Source of the DNA: Armatimonadota bacterium | GTDB lineage: Bacteria > Armatimonadota > SYMT01 | DNA: 64,000 nucleotides | Direction: 5' to 3' | Assembly (NCBI GenBank): GCA_046292385.1 | Contig: JBKBRF010000003.1 | Span: forward strand, 32,001-96,000 | In this document: piece by piece, positions 38,897 through 49,033 of the stretch | How the letters are laid out: each line of letters starts with the position of its first letter | Position numbering within the stretch: the first letter of the stretch is position 1 | Translations under genes and position numbers: made by a program | Notes under the pieces: model-generated | The model's database searches: none | Seen by the model: only the letters and a program-made list of their open reading frames with translations | Told to the model about the DNA's origin: nothing

Positions 38897-40852
38897 ATGA
38901 AACGATTGGCTCCGATCCCGCTTCTCTTCACCGTGCTGGCACTCGCGACCCCGTCGGTGGTCGCGCAGTCTCCCACGCTCACCATCGACGCGGCGCGGCC
39001 CGTCGCGAAGGCGAGCCCGATCCACTACGGGCTCATGACGGAGGAGCTGAACCACGCCTACGACGGCGGGCTCTACGCGGAGCTGGTGCGGAACCGCGCC
39101 TTCATGGACGATGCGAGGCGGCCGGTTCACTGGTCGCCCGTGCAGGGAAGCGGCTCCGCCGCCGCGATCGCGCTCGATCCGGAGCAGCCGCTCAACGCGA
39201 CGCTGCCGATCAGCCTCCGGCTTCAGGTGACCTCCGCCTCGCCCGCCGCGCCCGCGGGAGTGGCGAACGGCGGCTTCTGGGGCATCCCCGTCCAGCCGGA
39301 CACGCGCTACCGCGCCTCGTTCTACGGCAAAGCGGCGCCCGGCTTTTCCGGCCCCGTCACCGTCGCGATCGAGAGTGCGGACGGCGGCACCGTCCACGCG
39401 AAGGCGACGGTGCCCCGCCTTGCCGGCGACTGGAAGGAGTACCGCGTCACCCTGAAGACCGGAGCGGTGAAGCCGACCTCCCAGGCGCGCCTGGCGCTGA
39501 AGGTGGAGCGGCCGGGGACGGTGTGGCTCAGCCTCGTCTCTCTCTTCCCGCCGACGTGGAAGAACCGTCCCAACGGGCTGCGCCGGGACCTGATGCAGAT
39601 GCTCGTCGACCTGAAGCCGGCCTTCCTCCGCTTCCCGGGCGGGAATTACCTGGAGGGGCAGACGGTCGCCACCCGCTTCGACTGGAAGAAGACCCTCGGG
39701 CCCCTGACCGAGCGCCCCGGGCACCAGGGGCCGTGGGGCTATCGCTCGTCGGACGGGCTGGGCCTGCTCGAGTTCCTGCTCTGGGCGAAAGACATGGGCG
39801 CGGAGCCGGTGCTCGGCGTCTACGCCGGTTACTCCCTCGGGGGCGAGTACGTGAAGCCGGGCCGAGACCTGGCCCCGTTCGTGCAGGACGCGCTCGACGA
39901 GATCGAGTACGTCGCCGGTCCGGTCACCTCCACGTGGGGCGCGCGGCGGGCGAAGGACGGCCATCCGGAGCCGTTCCCGCTCCGCTACGTGGAGATCGGC
40001 AACGAGGACTGGTTCGACAAGTCGGGCAGCTACGACGCCCGCTTCGCGCAGTTCTACGACGCGATCAAGGAGCGGTACCCCCACCTGAAGGTCGTCTCCA
40101 CCGTCGGCAACGAGCAGCCGGCCGAGAAGCGCGTCCACAGCCGGCGTCCGGACGTGCTGGACGAGCACTACTACCGGAACACCGCCCAGTTCCTCCGGAT
40201 GTCTCCCAACCACTACGAGCGGTACGACCGGAAAGGGCCGGAGATCTTCGTCGGCGAGTGGGGCGCGCACGAGGAGATCGTGCCGTGGGACCCGCGCTCG
40301 CAGGGGCTCCCACCCACGCCGAGCATGAAGGCGGCCCTCGGCGATGCGGCGTTCATGACCGCGATGGAGCGGAACTCCGACCTGGTGACGATGCAGGCCT
40401 ACGCGCCGCTGCTGGTCAACGTGAACCCCGGCGCGCGGCAGTGGCGTCCGAACCTGATCGGTTACGACGCGCTCCGCTCCTACGGCTCACCCAGCTACTA
40501 CGCGCTGCGGATGTTCAGCCGCAACTACGGCGACTCGATCCTGCGGACCACCCTCACCGGCGCGCCGCTGCTCACTTCGGTCACGAAGGAAGGCAAGGGC
40601 GGGGCGATCTTCGTCAAGCACGTCAACCCGGAGCCGCGGCCGCAGACCCTTTCGATCGAGCTCCAGGGAGTCCGCTCCGTCAAGCCGACGGCGACGGCGA
40701 CGGTGCTCGCCGCCGCGCCGGATGAGAACAACTCGATCGACCAGCCGACCAAAGTGGTCCCGGTCACCCGGACGGTAAACGGGGTCGCGCCGACCTTCAC
40801 CCACACCTTCCCGCCGCACTCGGTCACGGTGCTGCGGCTCGAAGCGCGGTAA
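38897..40852 (+). CDS. GH51 alpha-L-arabinofuranosidase
   Basis: EELNHAYDGGLYAEL, FLRFPGG, EIGNE, DEHYY, FVGEW, YAPLL. Confidence 0.93.
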   Translation: MKRLAPIPLLFTVLALATPSVVAQSPTLTIDAARPVAKASPIHYGLMTEELNHAYDGGLYAELVRNRAFMDDARRPVHWSPVQGSGSAAAIALDPEQPLNATLPISLRLQVTSASPAAPAGVANGGFWGIPVQPDTRYRASFYGKAAPGFSGPVTVAIESADGGTVHAKATVPRLAGDWKEYRVTLKTGAVKPTSQARLALKVERPGTVWLSLVSLFPPTWKNRPNGLRRDLMQMLVDLKPAFLRFPGGNYLEGQTVATRFDWKKTLGPLTERPGHQGPWGYRSSDGLGLLEFLLWAKDMGAEPVLGVYAGYSLGGEYVKPGRDLAPFVQDALDEIEYVAGPVTSTWGARRAKDGHPEPFPLRYVEIGNEDWFDKSGSYDARFAQFYDAIKERYPHLKVVSTVGNEQPAEKRVHSRRPDVLDEHYYRNTAQFLRMSPNHYERYDRKGPEIFVGEWGAHEEIVPWDPRSQGLPPTPSMKAALGDAAFMTAMERNSDLVTMQAYAPLLVNVNPGARQWRPNLIGYDALRSYGSPSYYALRMFSRNYGDSILRTTLTGAPLLTSVTKEGKGGAIFVKHVNPEPRPQTLSIELQGVRSVKPTATATVLAAAPDENNSIDQPTKVVPVTRTVNGVAPTFTHTFPPHSVTVLRLEAR

Positions 40853-40870
40853 GCGCGGGTGAATGCCGTG

Positions 40871-42901
40871 ATGAACCGGTCACTCCTGACCGCCCTGGGC
40901 GCGGCGCTGCTGCTCGTTTCCGCGCTGGCGGCAACGGGCACGGCGCCGCGCCCGTCCTCGCGTACCTGGACCGCCGACAACGGCGACGGGACCTTCACCA
41001 ACCCGCTCTTCTACGACGAGTTCTCCGATCCGGACCTGATCCGCGTCGGCAGCGACTACTACATGACCGGCACGACGATGCACGCCATGCCGGGCCTGCC
41101 GCTGCTGCACTCCCGGGACCTGGTGAACTGGCGGCTGCTCAGCTACGCGGCCGACCGCCTCGACTTCGGTCCGGAGTACCGGCTGGAGAACGGAAAGGAG
41201 ATCTACGGGCAGGGCGTCTGGGCGCCGGCGCTCCGCCACCACCGGGGCACGTTCTACATCTTCGACAACATCCGCGGGCAGCCGACCCAGATCTTCTCAG
41301 CCAGGGACCCGCGGGGGCCCTGGAAGCGGACCCCGATGAAGCGGGGGTTCCACGACCTGTCGGTGCTCTTCGACGACGACGGCAAGGTCTACGTCATCTG
41401 GGGCTACCGGGAGATCCGGCTCGCCCGCTTGAACGACGAGCTGACCGACGTCATTCCCGGCACCGAGCGGATCATCATTCCGCGGGACGCTGGGATGGGT
41501 GAGGGCTCGCACTTCTACAAGATCGACGGCAAGTACTACATCACCAGCGCCTGGTATCTCGGCACGATGCGGATGCCCTGCGCCCGCGCGGACCGCCCGG
41601 AGGGTCCGTACGAGGTAGTGCCGGCGATCAGCGGAGGAGAAGACTACGGGATTGCGAAGGGCGCGCTGCACCAGGGCGGCATCGTCAGCACCCCCGGCGG
41701 CGAGTGGTGGGGCTTCTCGATGATGGACTTCAACTCCCTCGGGCGGCTTACCGGGCTCTCGCCGGTCACCTGGAAGGACGGCTGGCCCTACTTCGGGCTT
41801 CCGGGAAACCTCGGCCGCAGCCCGCGCACCTGGGTCAAGCCGAACACCAGGCATTCCTCCGGGCCGCGAGCGCCGTTCCAGCGCAGTGACGATTTCTCCG
41901 GCCGGCGTCTCCAGCCGGTCTGGCAGTGGAACCACGCGCCCGAGGATGCAAAGTGGTCGCTCACCGAGCGGTCCGGGTACCTCCGGCTGCACTCGCTCCC
42001 GGCGCCGGAATTCTGGTGGGCGCGCAACACGCTCACCCAGCGCGCGGTCGGACCGCAGTCGGTCGCCACGGCGGAGTTGGACCCGAGCGGCATGAAGCCG
42101 GGCGACGTGGCCGGGCTGGGGCTGCTCAACTCCCCGTACGCCTGGATCGGGGTGAGCCGGGGCGCGGCGGAGCTCACGCTGGAGCAGTTCGACAAGGGCA
42201 GCGGCAAGACCACGCGGGTCCCGCTGAAGTCCGGCCGGGTCTGGCTGCGAGCGGACTGCGACTTCTTCACGGAGAAGGCTCGGTTCAGCTACAGCACGGA
42301 CGGCCAGCGCTTCCAGGAAGTGGGCGACCCGTTCACCATGGTCTTCCAGCTCAAGACGTTCCAGGGCGTCCGCTACTCGCTGTTCCACTACAACACGAGC
42401 GGCGCCCCGGGCGGCCACGCCGACTTCGACCGGCTGACGGTCCACGAGCCGCGCCCGCGGGGTCTAACCCGACCGATCCCCCGGGGCAAGACGATCACGC
42501 TGGGCGCCGTGGGGGCGGGTCCGGTGCTGGCGGTGCAGGGCGGAGCGCTCGTCACCCTCCGCGCGGCGGACCCGGCGGCTGCCGGGCCGGCCGCCCGCTT
42601 TCGGGTGATCGACCGGGGACTGGGCCGGGTGGCGCTGCGATCCGGCGATCGCGTCATCTCCGTAGGGGGCGGTGGCGCGCCGGGCGAGGTGACCCTCCGC
42701 TCCGGACCGCCGGGTCTCTCCGAGACGTTCCAGTGGATCGAGACGCCGCAGGGGGAGCTGACTCTGCTGAGCCTGGCCACGCACCGCTACCTCCGGCTGC
42801 ATCCCACGGACGGCGCGATCTCCGCCGACCACGCCGGGCCGCAGCGCGGCCGCACGGACGGAGTCCGGCTTCAGTGGAAGGGAGTGGCGCGGGAGCGTTA
42901 A
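40871..42901 (+). CDS. GH43 beta-xylosidase/arabinofuranosidase with C-terminal beta-sandwich and extra module
   Basis: NPLFYDEFSDPD, WAP, LFDDDGKVY, EGSH, HQGG, WQWNH. Confidence 0.92.
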   Translation: MNRSLLTALGAALLLVSALAATGTAPRPSSRTWTADNGDGTFTNPLFYDEFSDPDLIRVGSDYYMTGTTMHAMPGLPLLHSRDLVNWRLLSYAADRLDFGPEYRLENGKEIYGQGVWAPALRHHRGTFYIFDNIRGQPTQIFSARDPRGPWKRTPMKRGFHDLSVLFDDDGKVYVIWGYREIRLARLNDELTDVIPGTERIIIPRDAGMGEGSHFYKIDGKYYITSAWYLGTMRMPCARADRPEGPYEVVPAISGGEDYGIAKGALHQGGIVSTPGGEWWGFSMMDFNSLGRLTGLSPVTWKDGWPYFGLPGNLGRSPRTWVKPNTRHSSGPRAPFQRSDDFSGRRLQPVWQWNHAPEDAKWSLTERSGYLRLHSLPAPEFWWARNTLTQRAVGPQSVATAELDPSGMKPGDVAGLGLLNSPYAWIGVSRGAAELTLEQFDKGSGKTTRVPLKSGRVWLRADCDFFTEKARFSYSTDGQRFQEVGDPFTMVFQLKTFQGVRYSLFHYNTSGAPGGHADFDRLTVHEPRPRGLTRPIPRGKTITLGAVGAGPVLAVQGGALVTLRAADPAAAGPAARFRVIDRGLGRVALRSGDRVISVGGGGAPGEVTLRSGPPGLSETFQWIETPQGELTLLSLATHRYLRLHPTDGAISADHAGPQRGRTDGVRLQWKGVARER

Positions 42902-42922
42902 ACTTTACCCCCTTGACACGGG

Positions 42923-42931
42923 TGCTATACT
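42923..42931 (+). promoter_or_regulatory. extended -10 promoter
   Basis: TGC-TATACT about 80 nt upstream of ATG 43012. Confidence 0.5.
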
Positions 42932-43011
42932 CTTTTGGCTCTGAGAAGCCGGGCATTCAGCCGTCCCGCATCGGCTGACATTCTGACGATTTCAAGTTAC
43001 AGGAAGTACCG

Positions 43012-43215
43012 ATGACGCAGCGGCAGAGACTGGCTTTCATTATTCTTCAGCTCAATCACGGCTACACCTCGTGGCGCGAGGCGCTCCGCCTGGCCCGCGC
43101 CCACGCTCGGGGCTGTGAGCGCGCCGAGTCCCGCGAGGCGGCGGAGGCGGTGCGCGCCTCCCTCCGCGCCGCGGACGCGGCCCTCGAGACGATGCAGGTC
43201 GCCGCGGCGGCCTAA
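43012..43215 (+). CDS. small helical hypothetical protein ending VAAAA
   Basis: AGGA RBS, own promoter candidate and terminator. Confidence 0.65.
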   Translation: MTQRQRLAFIILQLNHGYTSWREALRLARAHARGCERAESREAAEAVRASLRAADAALETMQVAAAA

Positions 43216-43238
43216 CCCGGCTCGAATCCGAAAACAGC

Positions 43239-43269
43239 AAAGGCCGGCTCCTCCGGGGCCGGCCTTTCT
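43239..43269 (+). terminator. intrinsic terminator
   Basis: AAAGGCCGGCTCC-T-CCGGGGCCGGCCTTT-CT. Confidence 0.8.
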
Positions 43270-43470
43270 GCGTCTGGAGTACTGCCCCAAAGAGCCGACT
43301 TTCCGTTGGTCTCCGAGCCTCCCTGTGAGCGCTCCAACCGAGGGAGCGGGTGCGATGCAGATTTCGGGCAGCCCCAAACCGCGAGGACGGCGAGGGAGGA
43401 GCATCTCCCGATCTGGTGCACCCGACCGCCTGATGACGAGGGTCCGACGTCCACGCGGGCCGAAGGCCTT

Positions 43471-43607
43471 GGAGTGCGGGAGCTTGCTCCCGCTTTCGCC
43501 GCCGGCTGCGAGACCGAGCCGCCGATACCTGTGACAGCTTGCTGTCGCCCGAGAGCATACTACCGGAACGGCCGGCTCCCCAAAGCGGCAGTGAGCTGCC
43601 GCACTCC
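43471..43607. repeat. inverted REP-like doublet
   Basis: GGAGTGCGGGAGCTTGCTCCCGCTTT (43471-43496) and AAAGCGGCAGTGAGCTGCCGCACTCC (43582-43607). Confidence 0.7.
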
Positions 43608-43929
43608 ATACACTGGCCCGCGAGCTGGTCCCGCCTCACCCTGCGACATAATCCCGGTCCGCAGTCTCCGCCAAGGCATAGCCGGAGGGCTCCACTTGTG
43701 AGGCCCCCAGGCGCGGGGGTGAACCCGGGGAGTGATCACGGTCCCGAAGCGAGTGTCTCTCACCCGATCCCATCTCCTTTTCCGGCTCTGCGCCGGCATA
43801 CGCCCTCATGCTCGGTCGCGGAGTTACCAGCAGCAGCTACTCTGCTGCTCCTCTCCTTTCAAGCGAGGGTTTCTTATCCGGGCGCTTGGGTAAGACGGGC
43901 CGGACACGGGAGGCGAAGGATCACGAGTT

Positions 43930-45114
43930 ATGGCGATCTCCGAGCAGTCACCTCCACGGCCGGCGGAAGCCCGGTTGAAGATCGAGCGAGTGGAAAGCGC
44001 GGACGGGCTCCGCGCGCTCTTTCCGGAATGGCAGGAACTACTGCGGCGCTGCCCGGACCGCTCCCTCTGCCAGACGCCGGTCTGGCTCGGAACGTGGTGG
44101 CAGGTCTTCGGCGGCGGTCGAGAGCTCTGCGTGCTGACCGCGCGCGACCCGCAGGGGGAGCTCCGCGGCATTGCCCCGCTCCTGTTACGCACCGTCCGGC
44201 ACCGTGGTCTGGTGCCGCTGCGGCGCCTGGAGCTCCTGGGGACCGGGGAGCCGGAGGCGGACGAAGTTGCTTCCAACTACGTCGACTTCCTCACCGACTC
44301 GGAGTGGGAGCCGTGGGTTACCGCCGCCTTCGCGCAGGCCCTGGCGGGAGAGCTGGCGGACGCCTGGGATGAGCTCTACCTGACCGCTTTGCCTGCGGAA
44401 AGCCTGCGCGCGCGGGAGCTGCCGGCGCTGCTGGGGAAGCGCGGCTGCCGCGCGGAGGCGCTTGCCCGGACCCCCGGCGTTTACGTCTCCCTGGAAGACG
44501 GCTGGGAAGCCGCGCAGGCGCGGATGCACGCCGGCCACCGGAAGTCGCTCCGCCGCCGGCGGCGCCGGCTGGAAGAGGCGGGGGAGGTCCGCTTCGACTG
44601 GGCCACGGGCCCCCAGGAGCTTCGCGAACGCTGGCCGATCCTGCGCAGCCTGCACGAGCGCGGCTGGGCGGCCCGGGGCGGGACCGGCTGCTTCCACAGC
44701 GCTCCGTTCCGGGAGTTTCACCGCCAGGTGACCGAGTACCTGCTCCCGCGCGGCGGGGTGCGGCTCGCGGTCCTCTCTCTCAACGGAGAGCCGCTGGCGG
44801 CGGACTTCTACTACCTCTACCACGGCCGCGTCTACGCCTACCAGGCCGGCCTGGACCCGGAACGCGGCCGGCAGCTCAGCGCCGGGACGATCGGCATCGC
44901 CTGCGGCATGGAAGCGGCCGCGGCGGAAGGTCTGGAAGAATACGACTTCCTCCGCGGCGTCAGCGAGTACAAGACGGTCTGGTCGGACGCCCGCCGCGAG
45001 CAGCTCACCCTCCGCATCGCCCGCCCCGGCCTCCGCGAGACCCTCCGTGGTACGATCGAGGCCGGCGTGAGCGCAGTCCGCCCGCTGCGCTCGCGACTGA
45101 GGCGACCGGTGTAA
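43930..45114 (+). CDS. GNAT family acetyltransferase (CelD/BcsL-like)
   Basis: WLGTWW, GIAPL, SNYVDFL, YQAGLDP, EYDFLRG..EYK. Confidence 0.88.
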   Translation: MAISEQSPPRPAEARLKIERVESADGLRALFPEWQELLRRCPDRSLCQTPVWLGTWWQVFGGGRELCVLTARDPQGELRGIAPLLLRTVRHRGLVPLRRLELLGTGEPEADEVASNYVDFLTDSEWEPWVTAAFAQALAGELADAWDELYLTALPAESLRARELPALLGKRGCRAEALARTPGVYVSLEDGWEAAQARMHAGHRKSLRRRRRRLEEAGEVRFDWATGPQELRERWPILRSLHERGWAARGGTGCFHSAPFREFHRQVTEYLLPRGGVRLAVLSLNGEPLAADFYYLYHGRVYAYQAGLDPERGRQLSAGTIGIACGMEAAAAEGLEEYDFLRGVSEYKTVWSDARREQLTLRIARPGLRETLRGTIEAGVSAVRPLRSRLRRPV

Positions 45115-45500
45115 GAAAAGGAGATAGGGGGCTTCTGTGGGATGAAGGATGAGGGATGAGGGATGAAGCCGAACCCTCGGTGCACGGCAGATCCTGCTCC
45201 TGCTCTGGCTCGCTGGCGACCCTGGGGGTCCGGCACGTCCCCGTGAGCTCGCTCCAGGCGCAGTCAAAGCGATGAAGGCGGAACGATGAGGGCGGAGCCT
45301 CCCGGCTCGGGCACTCCTACCGCTCTGAGAATAGCCGCCGAGGAGTAGCGGCATCACACCCTCGGTCCCTACTCAGGAGAGGGACCGAGGGTGAGGCCGC
45401 GTGAGCAGGAGCCGCCGCCGCACTTGCACCTGCCGGGTAGTGGAAAGCTTCAGCCTCCGTTGACTCGTCGCAGCCAACGGGAGGCTGAATCTTTCTTACA
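45110..45500 (+). mobile_element. MITE-like composite repeat (family C) containing family A copy 3 (45162-45240)
   Basis: TGTAAGAAA ... TTTCTTACA ends; first about 65 bp nearly identical to the reverse complement of 7446-7519. Confidence 0.6.
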
Positions 45501-45516
45501 AGCTGCGGAGCCCGGG

Positions 45517-46440
45517 CTAGAATCCGCCTACCTTTCCGCCGGTCACCATGATCACCTCGCCGGAGATGTAGGAGCTGTCCCGCGCCGCCAGGAAGACGTA
45601 GGCGGGTGCCAGCTCCGCCGGCTGGCCGGCGCGCTTCATCGGGGTGTTGGCGCCGAAACTCTCCACGTGGTCTTTGGAGAACGAGCCGGGGATCAGCGGC
45701 GTCCAGATCGGACCGGGCGCCACGGCGTTGACGCGGATTCCTTTCTCGATCAGCTCTTCACTCAGCGAGCGGGTGAAGTTGGCGATGGCCGCTTTCGTGG
45801 CGGCGTAGTCCTTCAGGCCCGGCGACGGCTGGTAGGCCTGGATCGAGGAGGTGTTGATGATGGCGGAGCCGGGCTGCAGGTGCGGCACCGCCGCCTTCGA
45901 CATGTAGAAGAAGCCGAAGAGGTTGGTGCGGAAGGTCCGCTCGAGCTGCTCCGCCGTCAGCTCTTCCAGGCTCTCCACCACGTGCTGCTCCGCGGCGTTG
46001 TTCACCAGGATGTCGAGCTTTCCCAGCTCGCGGACACACCGCTCCACCGCTTCCCGGCAGAAGCGCTCGTCGCCGATGTCCCCCGCCATCGCAAGGCACC
46101 GGCGCCCGTAGCGCTCCACGCAGCGGACCGTCTCCTGTGCGTCCCGGTCCTCGCAGCGGTAGACGATGGCGACGTCTGCTCCTTCCTTCGCGTAGCAGAC
46201 CGCCACCGCCCGGCCGATGCCGCTGTCGCCGCCGGTGATCAGCGCGACTTTCCCCTCCAGCTTGCCCGCCGCGCGGTACTCCGGATCGTCGAAGATCGGG
46301 CGCGGCTCCATCTCCGCCTCGCTCCCCGGCAGCGACTGCTCCTGCGGCGGAAAGTGCTGCGGCTGCTGAAGCGCCGGCTGGCGCATCAGCTCCATCTCAT
46401 GCTCTTCGTCCTGGACTACCTGAGCCTGTTCTTCCGGCAT
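45517..46440 (-). CDS. SDR oxidoreductase (YdaD/YhdF/YghA general-stress type)
   Basis: TGGDSGIGRA, NNAAEQ, YAATK, VAPGPIWTPL. Confidence 0.92.
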   Translation of the reverse strand: MPEEQAQVVQDEEHEMELMRQPALQQPQHFPPQEQSLPGSEAEMEPRPIFDDPEYRAAGKLEGKVALITGGDSGIGRAVAVCYAKEGADVAIVYRCEDRDAQETVRCVERYGRRCLAMAGDIGDERFCREAVERCVRELGKLDILVNNAAEQHVVESLEELTAEQLERTFRTNLFGFFYMSKAAVPHLQPGSAIINTSSIQAYQPSPGLKDYAATKAAIANFTRSLSEELIEKGIRVNAVAPGPIWTPLIPGSFSKDHVESFGANTPMKRAGQPAELAPAYVFLAARDSSYISGEVIMVTGGKVGGF

Positions 46441-46743
46441 GGAACTCCTCGCTCGCCCGGCCGCGTCGCCGGCCCGCAGCGCCGCCGAATCCGGACGGGC
46501 AGGGGCACGGATGCCGGGAACGGCGGAGGAATACCCGTCCCCAGAAGCGCTCAAACCGTCGTTGCCAGGGATCAGAGGCCAGGGGTCAGGGGTCGGGTTG
46601 ACAGGTTGGCAAGTTGCAGGTTGTCAGGTTGCCTACACGACAGGTGGGGTTCCAAACCTGGAACCTGGAACCTGGAACCTGATCCCGGGCAACCTGCAAA
46701 CCGCGCCGGCAGGGTATGCATGGAACAGAAGGGAGATCCGCTT

Positions 46744-47703
46744 GTGAAGGCACAGTTTCCGGCGGAGACCGCGCAGGACGGCTCGTTCGTGCGCCAGGAG
46801 TACCAGTTCCGCGATCGCATCACCGCCGACGGCTCCTCCGGCTTCCCCGCGGAGCCGGGACGCTACCACCTCTACGTCTCGCTCGCCTGCCCGTGGGCCC
46901 ACCGGGCGATCATCGTCCGCCGCTTGCTGGGACTGGAAGAGGTGATCACGATGTCGGTGGTCGACCCGATCCGAAACGGGCACGGCTGGGCGTTCACGGA
47001 AGGACCGGGGCACGGTCCCGACCCGGTGAACGGCTTCCAGTTTCTCTCGGAGGCCTACCACCGGACCGATCCGGACTACCGGGGCCGCTACACGGTGCCG
47101 TGCCTCTGGGACCGGGAGACGGGGCGGCTCGTCACCAACAACTTCCCGGACATCACGATCGACATGGAGACGCAGTTCACCGCGTTCCACCGGCCGGGCG
47201 CGCCGGAGCTCTACCCGGAGGCGCTGCGGGAGGAGATCGACGCCGTGAACGCGCCGATCTACCGGGACGTGAACAACGGCGTCTACCAGGCCGGCTTCGC
47301 CACCACCCAGCGGGCCTATGAGCGGGCGGTGGAGGCGCTGTTCGCGCGGCTCGACTGGCTGGAGGAGCGGCTCTCCGCGCAGCGGTACCTGGTCGACGGC
47401 CGGCTCACCGAGGCCGACATCCGGCTCTTCACCACGCTGGTCCGCTTCGACAGCGTCTACTACGGGCACTTCAAGTGCAACCTGCGCCGGCTGGTCGACT
47501 ATCCCCACCTCTGGGGCTACACGCGCGATCTCTACCAGCGGCCGGAGTTTAGGGAGACGGTCGATTTCGACCACATCAAGCGCCACTACTACATGACGCA
47601 CGAGCAGATCAACCCCACCCGCATCGTGCCGAAAGGACCGCTCATCGATTGGGACGAGCCGCACCGTCGTGCAGAGCTCTCCGGAGACAGAGAGACGGAG
47701 TGA
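46744..47703 (+). CDS. yqjG: glutathionyl-hydroquinone reductase (GST omega/Xi-like)
   Basis: RYHLYVSLACPWAHR, NNGVY.AGFA, RFDSVYYGHFKCN, HIKRHYY; GTG 46744 after AAGGGAG (alternative ATG 46720). Confidence 0.92.
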   Translation: MKAQFPAETAQDGSFVRQEYQFRDRITADGSSGFPAEPGRYHLYVSLACPWAHRAIIVRRLLGLEEVITMSVVDPIRNGHGWAFTEGPGHGPDPVNGFQFLSEAYHRTDPDYRGRYTVPCLWDRETGRLVTNNFPDITIDMETQFTAFHRPGAPELYPEALREEIDAVNAPIYRDVNNGVYQAGFATTQRAYERAVEALFARLDWLEERLSAQRYLVDGRLTEADIRLFTTLVRFDSVYYGHFKCNLRRLVDYPHLWGYTRDLYQRPEFRETVDFDHIKRHYYMTHEQINPTRIVPKGPLIDWDEPHRRAELSGDRETE

Positions 47704-48000
47704 CAGAGAGACGGAGTGACAGAGAGACGGAGTGACAGAGGGACGGGGAGAGGGAGACGGAGAGAGGGAGACGGAGAGACAGAGGGATGGAGAGAGCCGG
47801 GCACGGAGACCCGGACTCTCCAAACCGCCCCTGCTCGCCAGGACATGTCGGGGTACCGCAGGTCGCCAGCGAGCAGGAGCAGGACCTCCCGCACACGGAA
47901 GGTTCGGACTTTAGCCTTTAGCCTTTTGCCTTTAGCCTTTTGCCTTTAGCCTTTTGCCTTTAGCCTTTTGCCTTTAGCCTTTAAAGGCCTTTTGCCTTTA
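47683..48000. repeat. repeat cluster: 16-mer GAGTGACAGAGAGACG array, family A copy 4 (47841-47910, minus), (TTAGCCT/TTTGCCT)n array
   Basis: Tandem units read directly; the reverse complement matches family A. Confidence 0.85.
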
Positions 48001-48001
48001 C

Positions 48002-49033
48002 TTAAACCGGCGCCGGGTTGCGCTCCACGAAGTTGCGCTGGTGCCAGTAGGGATACGCCGGCCGGGTGTCGCTCGCGGCGTCGAGGCGGGCGACCTGCTC
48101 CGGCGTGAGGCTCCAGCCGACCGCCGCCAGGTTCTGGCGAAGCTGCTCTTCGTTGCGGGCGCCGATGATGACGGTGGAGACGGTCGGCCGCTGCAGCAGC
48201 CAGTTGATGGCGATCTGCGGAACGGTCTTCCCGGTTTCCGCGGCGATCTCGTTGATCGCGTCGACGATGGTGAAGAGTCGCTCCTCCGGCACCGGCGGGG
48301 CGGCATTCCGTTGCCGCTCGTTCTGCAGGCGTCCCGTCTCCGGCACCGGCTGGCCCCGGCGGATCCTGCCGGTGAGGCGTCCCCAGCCGAGCGGGCTCCA
48401 GACCACGGCGCCGACTCCCTGGTCCAGCCCCAGCGGCATCAACTCCCACTCGTAGTCGCGGCCGACCAGGGAGTAATAGGCCTGGTGCGCCACGTAGCGC
48501 GCGAGCCCGTAGCGGTCCGAGACGGCGAGCGACTTCATCAGGTGCCAGCCGGAGAAGTTGGAGCAGCCGATGTAACGGACCTTGCCGCTCCGCACCAGCT
48601 CATCCAGGGTTGAGAGCGTCTCCTCCACCGGCGTCTGCGCGTCGAAGCCGTGGAGCTGGTAGAGATCGAGGTAGTCGGTCCCCAGGCGGCGCAGGCTGCC
48701 TTCCACCGCCTGGAGGAGGTGGTAGCGAGACGAGCCGACGTCGTTCGGGCCCTCCCCGCTGCGGAAGGTCCCCTTGGTAGAGATCAGCACCTGGTCGCGG
48801 CGGCCGCGGATCGCCTTTCCCAGCACCTCTTCCGCCAGGCCGTTCGAATAGACGTCGGCCGAGTCGAACATCGTCACGCCTGCTTCCAGGCAGAGGTCAA
48901 CGAGCCGCGTCGCCTCTTCCACTCCGGTCGAGCCCCACGCCTGGAAGAACTCGTTTCCGCCGCCGAAGGTCCCCGTGCCGAGACAGAGCGCCGGCACCTT
49001 CAGTCCGGATTGGCCCAGCCTGCGAAACTCCAT
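48002..49033 (-). CDS. aldo/keto reductase
   Basis: LGTGTFG, FDSADVYS, ISTK, SLRRLGTDYLDLYQLH, WSPLGWG. Confidence 0.94.
   Translation of the reverse strand: MEFRRLGQSGLKVPALCLGTGTFGGGNEFFQAWGSTGVEEATRLVDLCLEAGVTMFDSADVYSNGLAEEVLGKAIRGRRDQVLISTKGTFRSGEGPNDVGSSRYHLLQAVEGSLRRLGTDYLDLYQLHGFDAQTPVEETLSTLDELVRSGKVRYIGCSNFSGWHLMKSLAVSDRYGLARYVAHQAYYSLVGRDYEWELMPLGLDQGVGAVVWSPLGWGRLTGRIRRGQPVPETGRLQNERQRNAAPPVPEERLFTIVDAINEIAAETGKTVPQIAINWLLQRPTVSTVIIGARNEEQLRQNLAAVGWSLTPEQVARLDAASDTRPAYPYWHQRNFVERNPAPV

Noticed and set aside
42935..43235. Possible tmRNA (ORF ending AAAA-TAA, GGCTCGAATCC resembling a T-loop)
   Set aside because: No GGGG 5' acceptor stem or CCA end; the ORF has its own ATG and RBS
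43350..43470. Fluoride riboswitch or hammerhead-like words (GCGATG, AAACCGC, CTGATGA)
   Set aside because: Spacing and pairing do not fit either model, there is no GAAA after a stem II, and no crcB-type gene downstream
47683..48000. CRISPR-like array
   Set aside because: Units are 7-16 bp tandem repeats without unique spacers, and there are no cas genes
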